Positions 26,001 through 33,954 of a stretch of DNA of 64,000 nucleotides are shown here, one piece after another. The position numbers and the translations under genes were made by a program. Numbering within the stretch: the stretch's first letter is position 1; every line of letters begins with the position of its first letter. The notes beneath the pieces were generated by a model. The model saw only the letters and a program-made list of their open reading frames with translations, made no database searches and was not told the origin of the DNA. This DNA is from Gemmatimonadales bacterium. GTDB taxonomy: Bacteria; Gemmatimonadota; Gemmatimonadetes; Gemmatimonadales; GWC2-71-9. The stretch is from assembly GCA_038321865.1 (NCBI GenBank), contig JBBQFH010000013.1, forward strand, positions 1 to 64,000. Reading direction: 5' to 3'.

Positions 26001-26735
26001 GCCGCGGGTAGTGGACGCGACCAGCCCGCCGCTGAACTGCCCGCGGGCCACGTCGTAGGTGCTGGTGACCACCCGCGTGCTCCGTACGGCGTCCTGCGGC
26101 ACCGAGCCCGAGCCGAACAGGAGCCCGTCGAGCGTCACGGCGTTCGCATCGGCCCGCTGGCCCGCCACCGAGAAAGCGGCGGCACTCGTGTCGGTTCCCG
26201 CGAGCGCCACCACGCCGGGCACCAGCGCGACCAGCGCGGTCAGGTCGCTGGCGTCGATCGGCAGGCGCGCGACGTTGTCGGGCGTGAGCACCCGTTCGGT
26301 GGATCCCGGCGTCGGCAGGTCCGGCGCCCGGACCTGCCGGCGCGAGCGCACCGTCACCGCGTCGAGCTGGATGATCGAGGTACCCAGCGCCACGTTCCAG
26401 ACCAGGCGGTCCTCGTCGGCCTGGCGGCTGAGCGTCGTCGTGCGCGGGGCCATCCCGATCATCCGGGCGGTCATCCGGTACTGGCCGCCGCCGTCCGGAA
26501 AGACGATCGTGTAGCGGCCCCGCGGGTCGGTCAGCTGACGGCGGGTGATCTGGGTTTCCAGGGAAAATGCCTCGATCGTCGCTTCGCCGAGCGGCCGGCC
26601 GGTCGAGTCGCTCACGACACCGGTGATGACGTCGGTCGTGGCGCCCACCTGGGCCCGGGCGGCGGCCGGCAGGGCCATCCCGGCGAGGACGGCGAGGGCG
26701 CGAAAACTGGCGCGAATGCGAACCGGCTTCATCAT
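23070..26735 (-). CDS. Oar-like TonB-dependent outer-membrane protein (carboxypeptidase-regulatory-like N domain) with an extra C-terminal LTxxQ helical domain
   Basis: Signal peptide; GVVSDSTGRPL...TDPRGRY...GQYRM; plug (GQRADANAVTLDG, YDVARGQFSGG...TRGGTN); barrel strands; tail containing LALTADQQAKL...LTPEQW and Gly-rich end. Confidence 0.8.
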   Translation of the reverse strand: MMKPVRIRASFRALAVLAGMALPAAARAQVGATTDVITGVVSDSTGRPLGEATIEAFSLETQITRRQLTDPRGRYTIVFPDGGGQYRMTARMIGMAPRTTTLSRQADEDRLVWNVALGTSIIQLDAVTVRSRRQVRAPDLPTPGSTERVLTPDNVARLPIDASDLTALVALVPGVVALAGTDTSAAAFSVAGQRADANAVTLDGLLFGSGSVPQDAVRSTRVVTSTYDVARGQFSGGLVASTTRGGTNVIQGTANYSLRDDGLTVDGGDSPFTSGFTQNLLSGGLGGPIINNRLFVFGSLQATLRTDAQPTLLDATSTDLERLGVSPDSVARLTSILASQGVTSATTIFPSSRKSNNYSALVRFDYLLSDAHTLTLRGDWRGSSQDPSRVGSLSLPQTGGTLDTDGGGGMATLTSRFGVHFINEARAYLTGSKRDGAAFTPLPAGRVQVASELSDGSTSISALSFGGATGFPQRSRTHGLETSDELSWLPGTGVHRLKLGLMYNVQRSNDVSSTNQLGSFQFNSLADLEAGRPASFARTVAPLARNASGVDYAAYFGDTWRTTRSLQLTYGVRGEGSSFRNPPAYNPALDASFGSRTDRLPSETHLSPRAGFSWTLGQQEGAPPKWIIRGGGGEFRSPMPLSLASFAQSSTGLVNSESQFFCVGEGSPTPDWAAYAADPSTIPTECAPGGPAIATTAPNALVFRDGFQAPRSWRTSLGMQRAVTQLIRFSLDGSYARGVSQTGFTDLNLNDTPQFGLSNEGNRPVFVDPSQIDPATGAVGFTGSRRDAAFGQVIQANSGLASTSKQLTASLGGITRKGVIFQASYSLSRSRDQLSSSGFGTQGFGSATTAGNPNIPEWATSDLERRHSFLTTLTYPIGRSLEITTIARLTSGTPFTPRVGSDINGDGLRNDRAYIFTSGTAPDPAIGAAMDRLIATAPSRIRSCLTAQLGVVAGRNSCLGPWQGSFDLQLNYRPTILGLRRQLMISVVTVNLLRGVDDLIHGSANAHGWGLNARPDATLLYVTGFDSTTHNFTYAVNERFGATGGTTTAIRSPFQVGIQARLTIGPDRTRQALEGLRRGAAGSEGLVNRMAAFLPNPADSILVLKDSLALTADQQAKLKVLADSVRAQHAALAAAIQAEVTKAGPSPDPARLFMALRPRIQEAQAGGRKALADVQAVLTPEQWTKVPERIRTPRGRGQGGPGGQGEGRGFDGGGGGGGRPF

Positions 26736-26847
26736 ACGGAGCGGGCCTTGGCTGGAGCGGAGCGAACCGGTCCCCCACGGCAGGGGGCGGCGACGGTAGC
26801 TATACGGCCGGCGATCGCCGGCCGTTGGCACCGAACATCAGGCGAGA

Positions 26848-26872
26848 GAACCGCCAGCACCCCGGGCGCGTC
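26848..26872 (+). promoter_or_regulatory. ECF-type promoter GAACC-N16-CGTC upstream of the Met-rich protein / ECF sigma / anti-sigma operon
   Basis: GAACC 26848-52 and CGTC 26869-72; same geometry as the two sites at 29594-29650. Confidence 0.75.
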
Positions 26873-26920
26873 CTCCGGTCGTCAACCCGGCTGGACTCAC
26901 ACCGTTCAAAGGACGATCCC

Positions 26921-27268
26921 ATGCTGTCGCATACTTGGCGCCTCACGTTGGGTTTTGTGGTTATCCTCAGCGCAGCGGCCGCGCTGCCGGCGCTCGCGCA
27001 GGGCACGACCGGCACCATGCAGCACCCGGCCCGCAAGCACCCCTCCAGGGCGCATGGCACAATGACGCGAAACACAATGACGCATGATTCCATGGGGCAC
27101 GGCGTCATGTCACATGGAGCGAGGGCAGGCAGCGCGCTGCCCATGGACTCGATGGCGCACGGATCAATGAATGCCGGGACGATGGAGCATGGGGCCATGA
27201 CGCACGAAACGATGACGCACGAGACGATGAAGCACGATACCGCCAGCTCCATGAAGGCGACCCACTAG
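26921..27268 (+). CDS. Secreted Met/His-rich pentapeptide-repeat protein (MxHxx; related in pattern to MXKDX repeat proteins)
   Basis: AAGGA RBS; 26-aa signal peptide ending ALA; mature 89 aa with 13 Met, 12 His and no Cys: MTHDS MGHGV MSHGA ... MAHGS MNAGT MEHGA MTHET MTHET MKHDT. Confidence 0.85.
   Translation: MLSHTWRLTLGFVVILSAAAALPALAQGTTGTMQHPARKHPSRAHGTMTRNTMTHDSMGHGVMSHGARAGSALPMDSMAHGSMNAGTMEHGAMTHETMTHETMKHDTASSMKATH
27197..27241 (+). repeat. 15-bp coding tandem repeat, 3 copies
   Basis: atgacgcacgaaacg / atgacgcacgagacg / atgaagcacgatacc. Confidence 0.8.
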
Positions 27269-27907
27269 GTGACGCCCGCCCGGCATCCCGCGGCGCGCGG
27301 GGCTGGTCTCCCGCGGCTGCGGGATCGCCCAGCCGGTGAGCGCGACGCGGCACTCCGTGCCCGCCTGATCGCGCGGGACGAGCGCGCGCTGGCCGAGCTG
27401 ATCGAGCTGGCCACGCCGTGGCTCCTCGGCGTGGCCCAGGGCATCCTGCACGATGCGGACGAGGCCGAGGAGGTCGTGTCCGATGCGCTGCTTACGGCAT
27501 GGAACCGGATCGAGCTGCTGGCCGAGGAAGACGCCATGCTGATGCCCTGGCTGCTGCGCATCACCAGGAATCGCGCGATCGACAATCTCCGCCGCCGCGC
27601 GAGCTGGCGGCGCCGGGCCACGCGGGCCCTCACCTTCGGCGCGCTTCCCGGCCCATCAGTTCCGCCGGTGGAGCCCAACGAGGCGGGGCACCCCGGGTGG
27701 CACGTGCACGAATCGGTGCACGGCGCGCTGCGCACCCTGCCGGAGGAGCAGCGCACCGCCGTGGAGCTGGCCTACTTCAACGGGCTGACGCACTCGGAAG
27801 TGGCCGAGCGGCTGGGCATTCCGATCGGAACGGTGAAGACCCGGCTCCGGCTCGCATTCGACAAGCTTCGCGGCACCCTGGCCCCGCTGAAGGGCTGGGT
27901 CCTATGA
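27269..27907 (+). CDS. ECF sigma-70 factor (SigK-like)
   Basis: Region 2 (EAEEVVSD...AW...WLLRITRNRAID) and region 4 (LPEEQRTAVELAYFNGLTHSEVAERLGIPIGTVKTRLR). Confidence 0.93.
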   Translation: MTPARHPAARGAGLPRLRDRPAGERDAALRARLIARDERALAELIELATPWLLGVAQGILHDADEAEEVVSDALLTAWNRIELLAEEDAMLMPWLLRITRNRAIDNLRRRASWRRRATRALTFGALPGPSVPPVEPNEAGHPGWHVHESVHGALRTLPEEQRTAVELAYFNGLTHSEVAERLGIPIGTVKTRLRLAFDKLRGTLAPLKGWVL

Positions 27908-27917
27908 TGGAGGCCCC

Positions 27918-28646
27918 ATGACCGCACACGACTGGTTCATCGAGCATCGCACGGCATACGTCACGCGGACGCTCGAGCCGGAGGAGGAGCGCAGTTTTGC
28001 CGATCACCTGCGCGGGTGCGAGGAATGCCGCCGCGAGGTCGCCGCGGTGGAGCACGAGCTCGCCTGGCTGCCGATGGGCGCGGCGCCGGCTGCCATTCGT
28101 CCGGGGCTGGCGCGACAGATCTACGAGGGCGCGCTCGAGCCACGCCGCGCGCGCGTGCTCCGCCGGGCGGCGCCCTGGGCCATGGCGGCGTCCATTCTGT
28201 TCGCCGCCGCCGTGTGGACCGCGTCCCATCGCCGGGTGGAAGCGCTTGCGGCGACGCTCGACGTGCGGGACCGGCGCCTGGCGGCGCTCACCGACACGCT
28301 GTCCGTCATGCGGCAGGCCAGCCGGGTGCTCCAGGCCAGCATCACCATGGACGGCCACCAGGGTGGCATGATGATCTTCGCCGACGAGCGGACGCACCGC
28401 TGGAACGTCGTGGTGCACGGACTGCCGCCCGCGCCCAAGGGCGAGATGTATCAATTCTGGTTCGTGTCGGAGGATGGAATGGTGCGCGGCGTCCAGATGG
28501 ATTTGCGGAATCCGCACCCGGCGTTCTTTACCGTCGGGATGCCGAGCACCGGCGGGAAGGTGATGGGCGCGGCACTGACCATGGAGACGGTCTCGGCCAC
28601 CGGAGCCACGCCGCCCGGCCGCATGCTCGCCCATCTGATGCTTTAG
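27918..28646 (+). CDS. Anti-sigma factor (ZAS domain, TM, RskA-like C-terminal domain)
   Basis: GGAGG RBS; HLRGCEEC (HxxxCxxC); one TM; LPPAPKGEMYQFWFV...AALTME. Confidence 0.88.
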   Translation: MTAHDWFIEHRTAYVTRTLEPEEERSFADHLRGCEECRREVAAVEHELAWLPMGAAPAAIRPGLARQIYEGALEPRRARVLRRAAPWAMAASILFAAAVWTASHRRVEALAATLDVRDRRLAALTDTLSVMRQASRVLQASITMDGHQGGMMIFADERTHRWNVVVHGLPPAPKGEMYQFWFVSEDGMVRGVQMDLRNPHPAFFTVGMPSTGGKVMGAALTMETVSATGATPPGRMLAHLML

Positions 28647-28648
28647 GG

Positions 28649-29032
28649 CTAGAGCCGGACCTTCACGGCGCGACACACCAGCTCGCCGCGGTTGCAGATC
28701 CCTGCGCGCAGCAGGCCATGCAGGGTATCGGCGGGATACGACAGCCAGGCGACGGGCGCCTCGGTGTAATAGGCCGAGTCGGGAGTGACGCCGGCCGCCG
28801 CGAAACGGAGCACACTCCCGTCGGACAGCTCGATCGCCGGCGGGATCCGAGCGTTGATCTCCTGCGAATCGGGCACGATCAGACGGACCAGGGTGCCCCG
28901 GCCGCTCGGCTCGAAGGTCAGTTGCGGCCCGGTGATAATGGCCGTGACTGGCGCGGGCACGTCACGGCGGCAGGCCGCGGCCGCCGCGGCCAGCGCAATC
29001 GCACACCCGATACCCGCTCGGCCGGACATCAT
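28649..29032 (-). CDS. Lipoprotein with a C-x6-C dithiol (DsbD N-terminal-like domain)
   Basis: AAAC lipobox-like site; beta-rich; C-terminal AGICNRGELVC; ATGA overlap with the upstream thioredoxin gene. Confidence 0.6.
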   Translation of the reverse strand: MMSGRAGIGCAIALAAAAAACRRDVPAPVTAIITGPQLTFEPSGRGTLVRLIVPDSQEINARIPPAIELSDGSVLRFAAAGVTPDSAYYTEAPVAWLSYPADTLHGLLRAGICNRGELVCRAVKVRL

Positions 29033-29565
29033 TCCGACAGCAGTTCGCGAATCCGCATGTCCCACATCCTGTAGTTGGCGTCGCCGACGTGAAACTCACC
29101 CGCACCTTCATACCGGATATTGCCACGCTTGTCGATCAACACGAAGCTGGGCCAGTAGCGGATGCCATAGAGATTCCATGTCCGGTTGTCGTTGTCCTGC
29201 GCGTTGGGATACTCGATGCCGTATCTCCGAAGCGCCCGGGCGACGTTCGCGCGGTCATGCTCGCCGGCGTAGGGCGGAAACTCGGGGGTGTGCACGCCGA
29301 TGATGGTCAGCCCCTTTGGCCGGTACCGATGATCGAAATCGACAAGCGACGGTACGGTGTTGGTGCAGTTGTAGCAAGTGAATACCCAGAAGTTGAGCAG
29401 TACCACCTGGCCCCGGAGTGACGCCAGCGTGATGGGCGCGGGGGCGTTCAGCCACTGGGTGTTGGCCCAGGCGGGTGCCGGCCGGGGGTCGGTACGGTGG
29501 GGGACGGAGAACACTCCGGCGCCGATCGCCGCCGTGGCCACCGCCAGGAACAGGGGGCTACGCAT
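29029..29565 (-). CDS. Exported TlpA/DipZ-like thioredoxin-fold redoxin
   Basis: Signal-like N-terminus; WLN...LRGQVVLLNFWVFTCYNC, GVHTPEF, YWP and LIDKRG motifs. Confidence 0.9.
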   Translation of the reverse strand: MRSPLFLAVATAAIGAGVFSVPHRTDPRPAPAWANTQWLNAPAPITLASLRGQVVLLNFWVFTCYNCTNTVPSLVDFDHRYRPKGLTIIGVHTPEFPPYAGEHDRANVARALRRYGIEYPNAQDNDNRTWNLYGIRYWPSFVLIDKRGNIRYEGAGEFHVGDANYRMWDMRIRELLSE

Positions 29566-29593
29566 GGTTGCTCCGGTAAAGAGTCGCCACAGG

Positions 29594-29618
29594 GACGCAC
29601 TGGGCCGAAAACCGGTTC
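29594..29618 (-). promoter_or_regulatory. ECF-type promoter GAACC-N16-CGTC for the thioredoxin / lipoprotein operon
   Basis: GGTTC 29614-18 and GACG 29594-97 on the + strand, 16-nt spacer. Confidence 0.75.
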
Positions 29619-29625
29619 TTCCGGA

Positions 29626-29650
29626 GAACCGTTTGCGCTCCCGCAGCGTA
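29626..29650 (+). promoter_or_regulatory. ECF-type promoter GAACC-N16-CGTA for msrB-msrA
   Basis: GAACC 29626-30 and CGTA 29647-50, 16-nt spacer. Confidence 0.75.
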
Positions 29651-29696
29651 TAGAGGGTGGAGCACAGACGACCCGACGACTTGGAGAGGCAATATC

Positions 29697-30242
29697 ATGT
29701 TGACACCCCGGTTTCTGAGCAGGACCACGCTGGCGCTTGCCGCCGTCGTGGCGACCGCGGGCTGTGATGCGCGCGCTCAGGCCACCCGCGGCAATCCGAG
29801 CGATGCCGAGCTCAGGAAGCGGCTGACCGAGATCCAGTACGAGGTCACCCAGCACGACGCCACCGAGCCGCCGTTCCGGAACGCGTTCTGGGACAATCAT
29901 GAGGCGGGGATCTACGTGGACATCGTCTCCGGCGAGCCGCTGTTCAGCTCGCTCGACAAGTACGAATCGGGCACCGGCTGGCCCAGCTTCACGCGCCCGC
30001 TCGAGCCGCGCAACATCGCCACCCGGAGCGATCACCAGCTGATCGAGGACCGGACCGAGGTGCGCTCGGCCCGTGCCAATTCACACCTCGGTCACGTCTT
30101 CACCGACGGGCCCCGGCCCACCGGACTCCGCTACTGCATGAATTCGGCGGCCCTGCGGTTCATCCCCGCCTCGAAGTTGCGAGCGTCGGGCTACGCGCAA
30201 TACGAGCGGCTCTTCGCCGCACAGGGAGGAACGACGAAATGA
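29697..30242 (+). CDS. msrB: Peptide-methionine (R)-S-oxide reductase, predicted lipoprotein
   Basis: TAGC lipobox; [36 protein letters not shown] and RYCMNS motifs. Confidence 0.95.
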   Translation: MLTPRFLSRTTLALAAVVATAGCDARAQATRGNPSDAELRKRLTEIQYEVTQHDATEPPFRNAFWDNHEAGIYVDIVSGEPLFSSLDKYESGTGWPSFTRPLEPRNIATRSDHQLIEDRTEVRSARANSHLGHVFTDGPRPTGLRYCMNSAALRFIPASKLRASGYAQYERLFAAQGGTTK

Positions 30243-30943
30243 GCGGACCGATGAGGGGCGGACTGACCTTCGGACTGGCGGCGGTGGCGCTGCTCGCCTT
30301 TGCCATGCCGCGCGGTGCGCGCTCGGCCCACGCCGCGATGCTGCCCGATCCGGTGGCGGACCAGGTGCTCGCCGGGCCGAAGGGGGAGCAGGTCGCCGTG
30401 TTCTCCGGTGGCTGCTTCTGGGGCATCGAGGCGGTCTTCGAGCATGTGAAGGGGGTGCGAAGCGCTGAATCGGGGTACGCGGGCGGAGCGGCGTCCACGG
30501 CGGCCTACGAATTCGTGGGCACCGGCCGCACCGGGCACGCGGAGTCGGTGCGCATCATCTATGACTCGTCCGAAGTGTCGTACGGGCAGCTGCTGAAGGT
30601 GTTCTTCTCGGTGGCCCACGACCCGACCCAGCTCAACTATCAGGGGCCGGACCACGGCACCCAGTACCGTTCGGCGATCTGGTATACGACCCCGGAGCAG
30701 CAGCGGATCGCGCAGGCCTACATCGCGCAGCTGACCGCGGCAAAGGCGTTTCCGCGCCCGATCGTGACCCAGGTGAATCCCCTGACCGGCTTCTACCCCG
30801 CCGAGGCGTACCATCAGGACTACGCGATGCGGAACCCGCACTCGCCGTACATCGTGTACAATGATGCACCAAAAGTCGAGCGCCTTCGCACCGAACTGCC
30901 TGCACTGTATAGAGATACCCCGGTGGCGTCGGCCGCGCGATAA
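30239..30943 (+). CDS. msrA: Peptide-methionine (S)-S-oxide reductase, exported
   Basis: Signal peptide; GGCFWG, GYAGG, GHAE, HDPT, QYRSAI and AEAYHQDY motifs; ATGA overlap with msrB. Confidence 0.95.
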   Translation: MSGPMRGGLTFGLAAVALLAFAMPRGARSAHAAMLPDPVADQVLAGPKGEQVAVFSGGCFWGIEAVFEHVKGVRSAESGYAGGAASTAAYEFVGTGRTGHAESVRIIYDSSEVSYGQLLKVFFSVAHDPTQLNYQGPDHGTQYRSAIWYTTPEQQRIAQAYIAQLTAAKAFPRPIVTQVNPLTGFYPAEAYHQDYAMRNPHSPYIVYNDAPKVERLRTELPALYRDTPVASAAR

Positions 30944-31041
30944 CTCCGGGTGTGCCCCCCGACACCGCGGCGCCGGTGCCCCGGGGGCTAGCTTGGGTGC
31001 AGTCCTGTTCGCTGGATTGCGCCTCACTCGAGAGGAAGACC

Positions 31042-31800
31042 ATGCCGAGATTCACTCTGCCGTTGCTCTGCGCCGCCATCGCCGTCGCCGCCTGTTCGGG
31101 CGGGGACCGGAAGGATGCGGCTGTGACCGACAGCCTCGGCCGCGATCTGCAGATGCCCGCGGCCGACGCCAACGCGCCGTTGAACGATCGCGGCACCGCC
31201 GCTGCCACGTCCGGGAATGGCGCGGTATCCACGCCCCGAAGCACGTCGACGACCACGTCAGCGAGTTCCGGTTCCGGTGGCCGGCTCGCTGCCGGGACCA
31301 CGTTCACGGCGCTCACGACGCGGAGCATATCGTCCGCCACCGACAAGGCCGGTGAGACCTTCACGGCCCGGGTCGGCACCAGCGTGAAGGATGCGTCGGG
31401 GCGCGTCGTGATTCCGGCGGGCTCGCTCGTCACCCTGCGGATCACCGCCCTCCACGAGTCCGAGAACAAGAGCGACAACACCGGCACGCTGGCGCTCGCG
31501 CTGCAAAGCGTCGAGATCAACGGCCAGACCTATTCCATGGACGGCTCGGCGCGCGCGCATTCCGTGCTCGTGGGCCGGAAGACGAACGTCAACGACGTGG
31601 CGAAGGTCGGCGCCGGCGCCGGCATCGGCGCGGTGGCGGGACGGGTGCTCGGCGGCAGCAAGGGGACGGTGATCGGCGGCGTCCTGGGCGGCGCGGTGGG
31701 TGCCCAGCGTGCGGTGGAGACCAAGGATCGGGACGTCGTCGTCTCGTCGGGTTCGACGGTCACCATCACCCTCGGCAGCCAGTTCGTGGCCAGCCGCTAG
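31042..31800 (+). CDS. Lipoprotein with beta-rich domain and glycine zipper
   Basis: GAGG RBS; VAAC lipobox; AGTTF...VIPAGS...; GAGAGIGAVAGRVLGG. Confidence 0.75.
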   Translation: MPRFTLPLLCAAIAVAACSGGDRKDAAVTDSLGRDLQMPAADANAPLNDRGTAAATSGNGAVSTPRSTSTTTSASSGSGGRLAAGTTFTALTTRSISSATDKAGETFTARVGTSVKDASGRVVIPAGSLVTLRITALHESENKSDNTGTLALALQSVEINGQTYSMDGSARAHSVLVGRKTNVNDVAKVGAGAGIGAVAGRVLGGSKGTVIGGVLGGAVGAQRAVETKDRDVVVSSGSTVTITLGSQFVASR

Positions 31801-31801
31801 G

Positions 31802-31940
31802 TCAGGGCGCGTCGAGCGCCTCGCGCACCTTGTTTGCGAGTGAATTGGCGGTAAACGGTTTCTGCAGGAAGATGGCGTCGTGCTCCAGCAGCTGGTGCTG
31901 GAGCACGACGTCCGTGCGTAGCGGGTCGATCGGTGAAGCC
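31802..31940 (-). pseudogene. Remnant of a receiver-domain C-terminus
   Basis: ...DVVLQHQLLEHDAIFLQKPFTANSLANKVREALDAP-stop resembles the end of hybrid-kinase REC domains; GFTD is in another frame; no upstream gene body. Confidence 0.5.
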
Positions 31941-32080
31941 GCGCGAGCTGAGCATGCGCGCTGCCACGTTGCGTGCGCCTGCTGGGTTCGAGGGCATGGC
32001 GACGGAAGGCGGGGACGACGGAGTATGGTCGGGTTATATTCCTTCCGCCGTCGCCCCACCGTCCAGCAGCCGATCAGCTC

Positions 32081-32151
<71 letters not shown>

Positions 32152-32192
32152 CTGAGCTAACTCGGACAGCACATCGCCCCGCAGCTAGCGGC

Positions 32193-32226
32193 AAGGCCGG
32201 CGTCAGTATCTGACGCCGGCCTTTCG
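32193..32226 (+). terminator. Intrinsic terminator-like hairpin after tRNA-Cys
   Basis: AAGGCCGGCGTCAG-tat-CTGACGCCGGCCTT, a perfect 14-bp stem ending in a short T run. Confidence 0.75.
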
Positions 32227-32343
32227 TGTATCCGGTCAGAGGATCGGCCCACCATCTGGCCGCCACGTCGCGCCTTGCGAGCGCCCGGCGTTGAAATCAC
32301 ATTGACACTTCCGCTGGCCGCCCCTCTTCATCAGGCCTGACGC

Positions 32344-33954
32344 ATGCGCTGGATCGCCCCGCCCGAAAAGGATACCGGGACCACGACGCTCGAGCGCCGG
32401 CTCTGGGAGGCCGCCGACCAGCTCCGCGCCAACTCCGGTCTCACCGCGCAGCAGTATTCACAGCCCGTCCTCGGCCTGATCTTCCTCCGCTTCGCGGAAG
32501 CGCGCTTTCTGGCTCTCCGCCAGGCCCTGGAGACCCAGGCGAAGGGCCGCCGCCGGGGCTCCCGGCTGGATGACCCGAAGGCGTACCATGCGGAAGGAGT
32601 GCTTTATCTGGCGCCGGAGGCACGGTTCGAGCGCCTGCTGACCCTGCCTGAGCAGGCGCAGGTGGGCAAGGCGCTCAACGAGGCGATGAAGGCGGTCGAG
32701 CGCGACAATCCCGAGCTCAAGGACGTGCTGCCGCGGAGCTACCAGATCTTCGCGAGCGTGCTGCTCAAGGACCTGCTCAAGCGGGTCTCCGAGATTCCCG
32801 TAAATCTCGAGTACGACGCCTTCGGCCGGATCTACGAATACTTCCTCGGCGAGTTCGCCCGGACGGAAGGCCAGAAGGGCGGTGAGTTCTTCACGCCGTC
32901 CAGCATCGTGCGGCTGCTGGTGGAGGTGCTGGAGCCGTTTCACGGCAAGATCCTCGATCCCGCCTGCGGCTCGGGCGGCATGTTCGTCCAGAGCGCCCGC
33001 TTCGTGGCGGAGCACAAGAAGAACCCGGCGTCGGAGCTGGGCATCTATGGCCAGGAAAAGGTCCAGGAGACGATCAAGCTCTGCCGCATGAACCTCGCGA
33101 TGCATGGGCTCGAGGGAGAGATCCGAGAGGCGATCAGCTACTACGACGATCCGCACCAGGGCCTCGGCCGCTTCGATTTCGTGCTAGCCAACCCGCCGTT
33201 CAACGTGAACGCGGTGGACAAGGATCGGCTGGAGAAGGAAACCGGCGAGGGAAAGCGTTATCCCTTCGGCCTGCCCAACGCGGACAACGCCAACTATCTC
33301 TGGATTCAGCTCTTCTATTCCAGTCTCAACGCTCGCGGCCGGGCCGGATTCATCATGGCCAACTCGGCGTCGGACGCGAGATCATCGGAGCAGATGATAC
33401 GCCGGAAGCTGATCGAAGCCGGCGCGGTGGACGTGATGGTTGCGGTCGGGGCGAACATGTTCTACACCGTGGCATTGCCCTGCACCCTCTGGTTCCTGGA
33501 CCGCGGGAAAAAAGGGACGCCGCGCGCCAACAAGGTGCTCTTCCTCGACGCTCGACATCTGTTTCGGCAGGTAGACCGGGCGCATCGTGACTGGGCGCCG
33601 GGCCAGATCGGATTTCTGGCCAACGTGGTCCGGCTGTATCGAGGCGAGGAGCCAGACTACAGGTTGGGCGACGCCGAAGCACGGGCGAAGATCGTTGAAG
33701 TGTTCGGGAAGAAGCCGAAATACAAGGACGTGCTGGGCCTCTGCAAGGCGGTGACCATTGAGGTGGTTGAGGCTCAGGGATGGAGCTTGAACCCGGGAAG
33801 ATACGTCGGAGTAGCGCCCGGAGAGCTGACCAGCGATGAAGACTTTAAGACTCGGCTGCAGATGATGAACGAGGAGTTGGAGGCTCTCAAGCTCCGTGCG
33901 CATGAGCTTGAGGATTCGGTCGCAGGAAACGCCGCAGAGCTCCTCGAAGGATGA
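32344..33954 (+). CDS. hsdM: Type I RM methyltransferase subunit (m6A)
   Basis: [31 protein letters not shown] and ANPPFN motifs. Confidence 0.96.
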   Translation: MRWIAPPEKDTGTTTLERRLWEAADQLRANSGLTAQQYSQPVLGLIFLRFAEARFLALRQALETQAKGRRRGSRLDDPKAYHAEGVLYLAPEARFERLLTLPEQAQVGKALNEAMKAVERDNPELKDVLPRSYQIFASVLLKDLLKRVSEIPVNLEYDAFGRIYEYFLGEFARTEGQKGGEFFTPSSIVRLLVEVLEPFHGKILDPACGSGGMFVQSARFVAEHKKNPASELGIYGQEKVQETIKLCRMNLAMHGLEGEIREAISYYDDPHQGLGRFDFVLANPPFNVNAVDKDRLEKETGEGKRYPFGLPNADNANYLWIQLFYSSLNARGRAGFIMANSASDARSSEQMIRRKLIEAGAVDVMVAVGANMFYTVALPCTLWFLDRGKKGTPRANKVLFLDARHLFRQVDRAHRDWAPGQIGFLANVVRLYRGEEPDYRLGDAEARAKIVEVFGKKPKYKDVLGLCKAVTIEVVEAQGWSLNPGRYVGVAPGELTSDEDFKTRLQMMNEELEALKLRAHELEDSVAGNAAELLEG

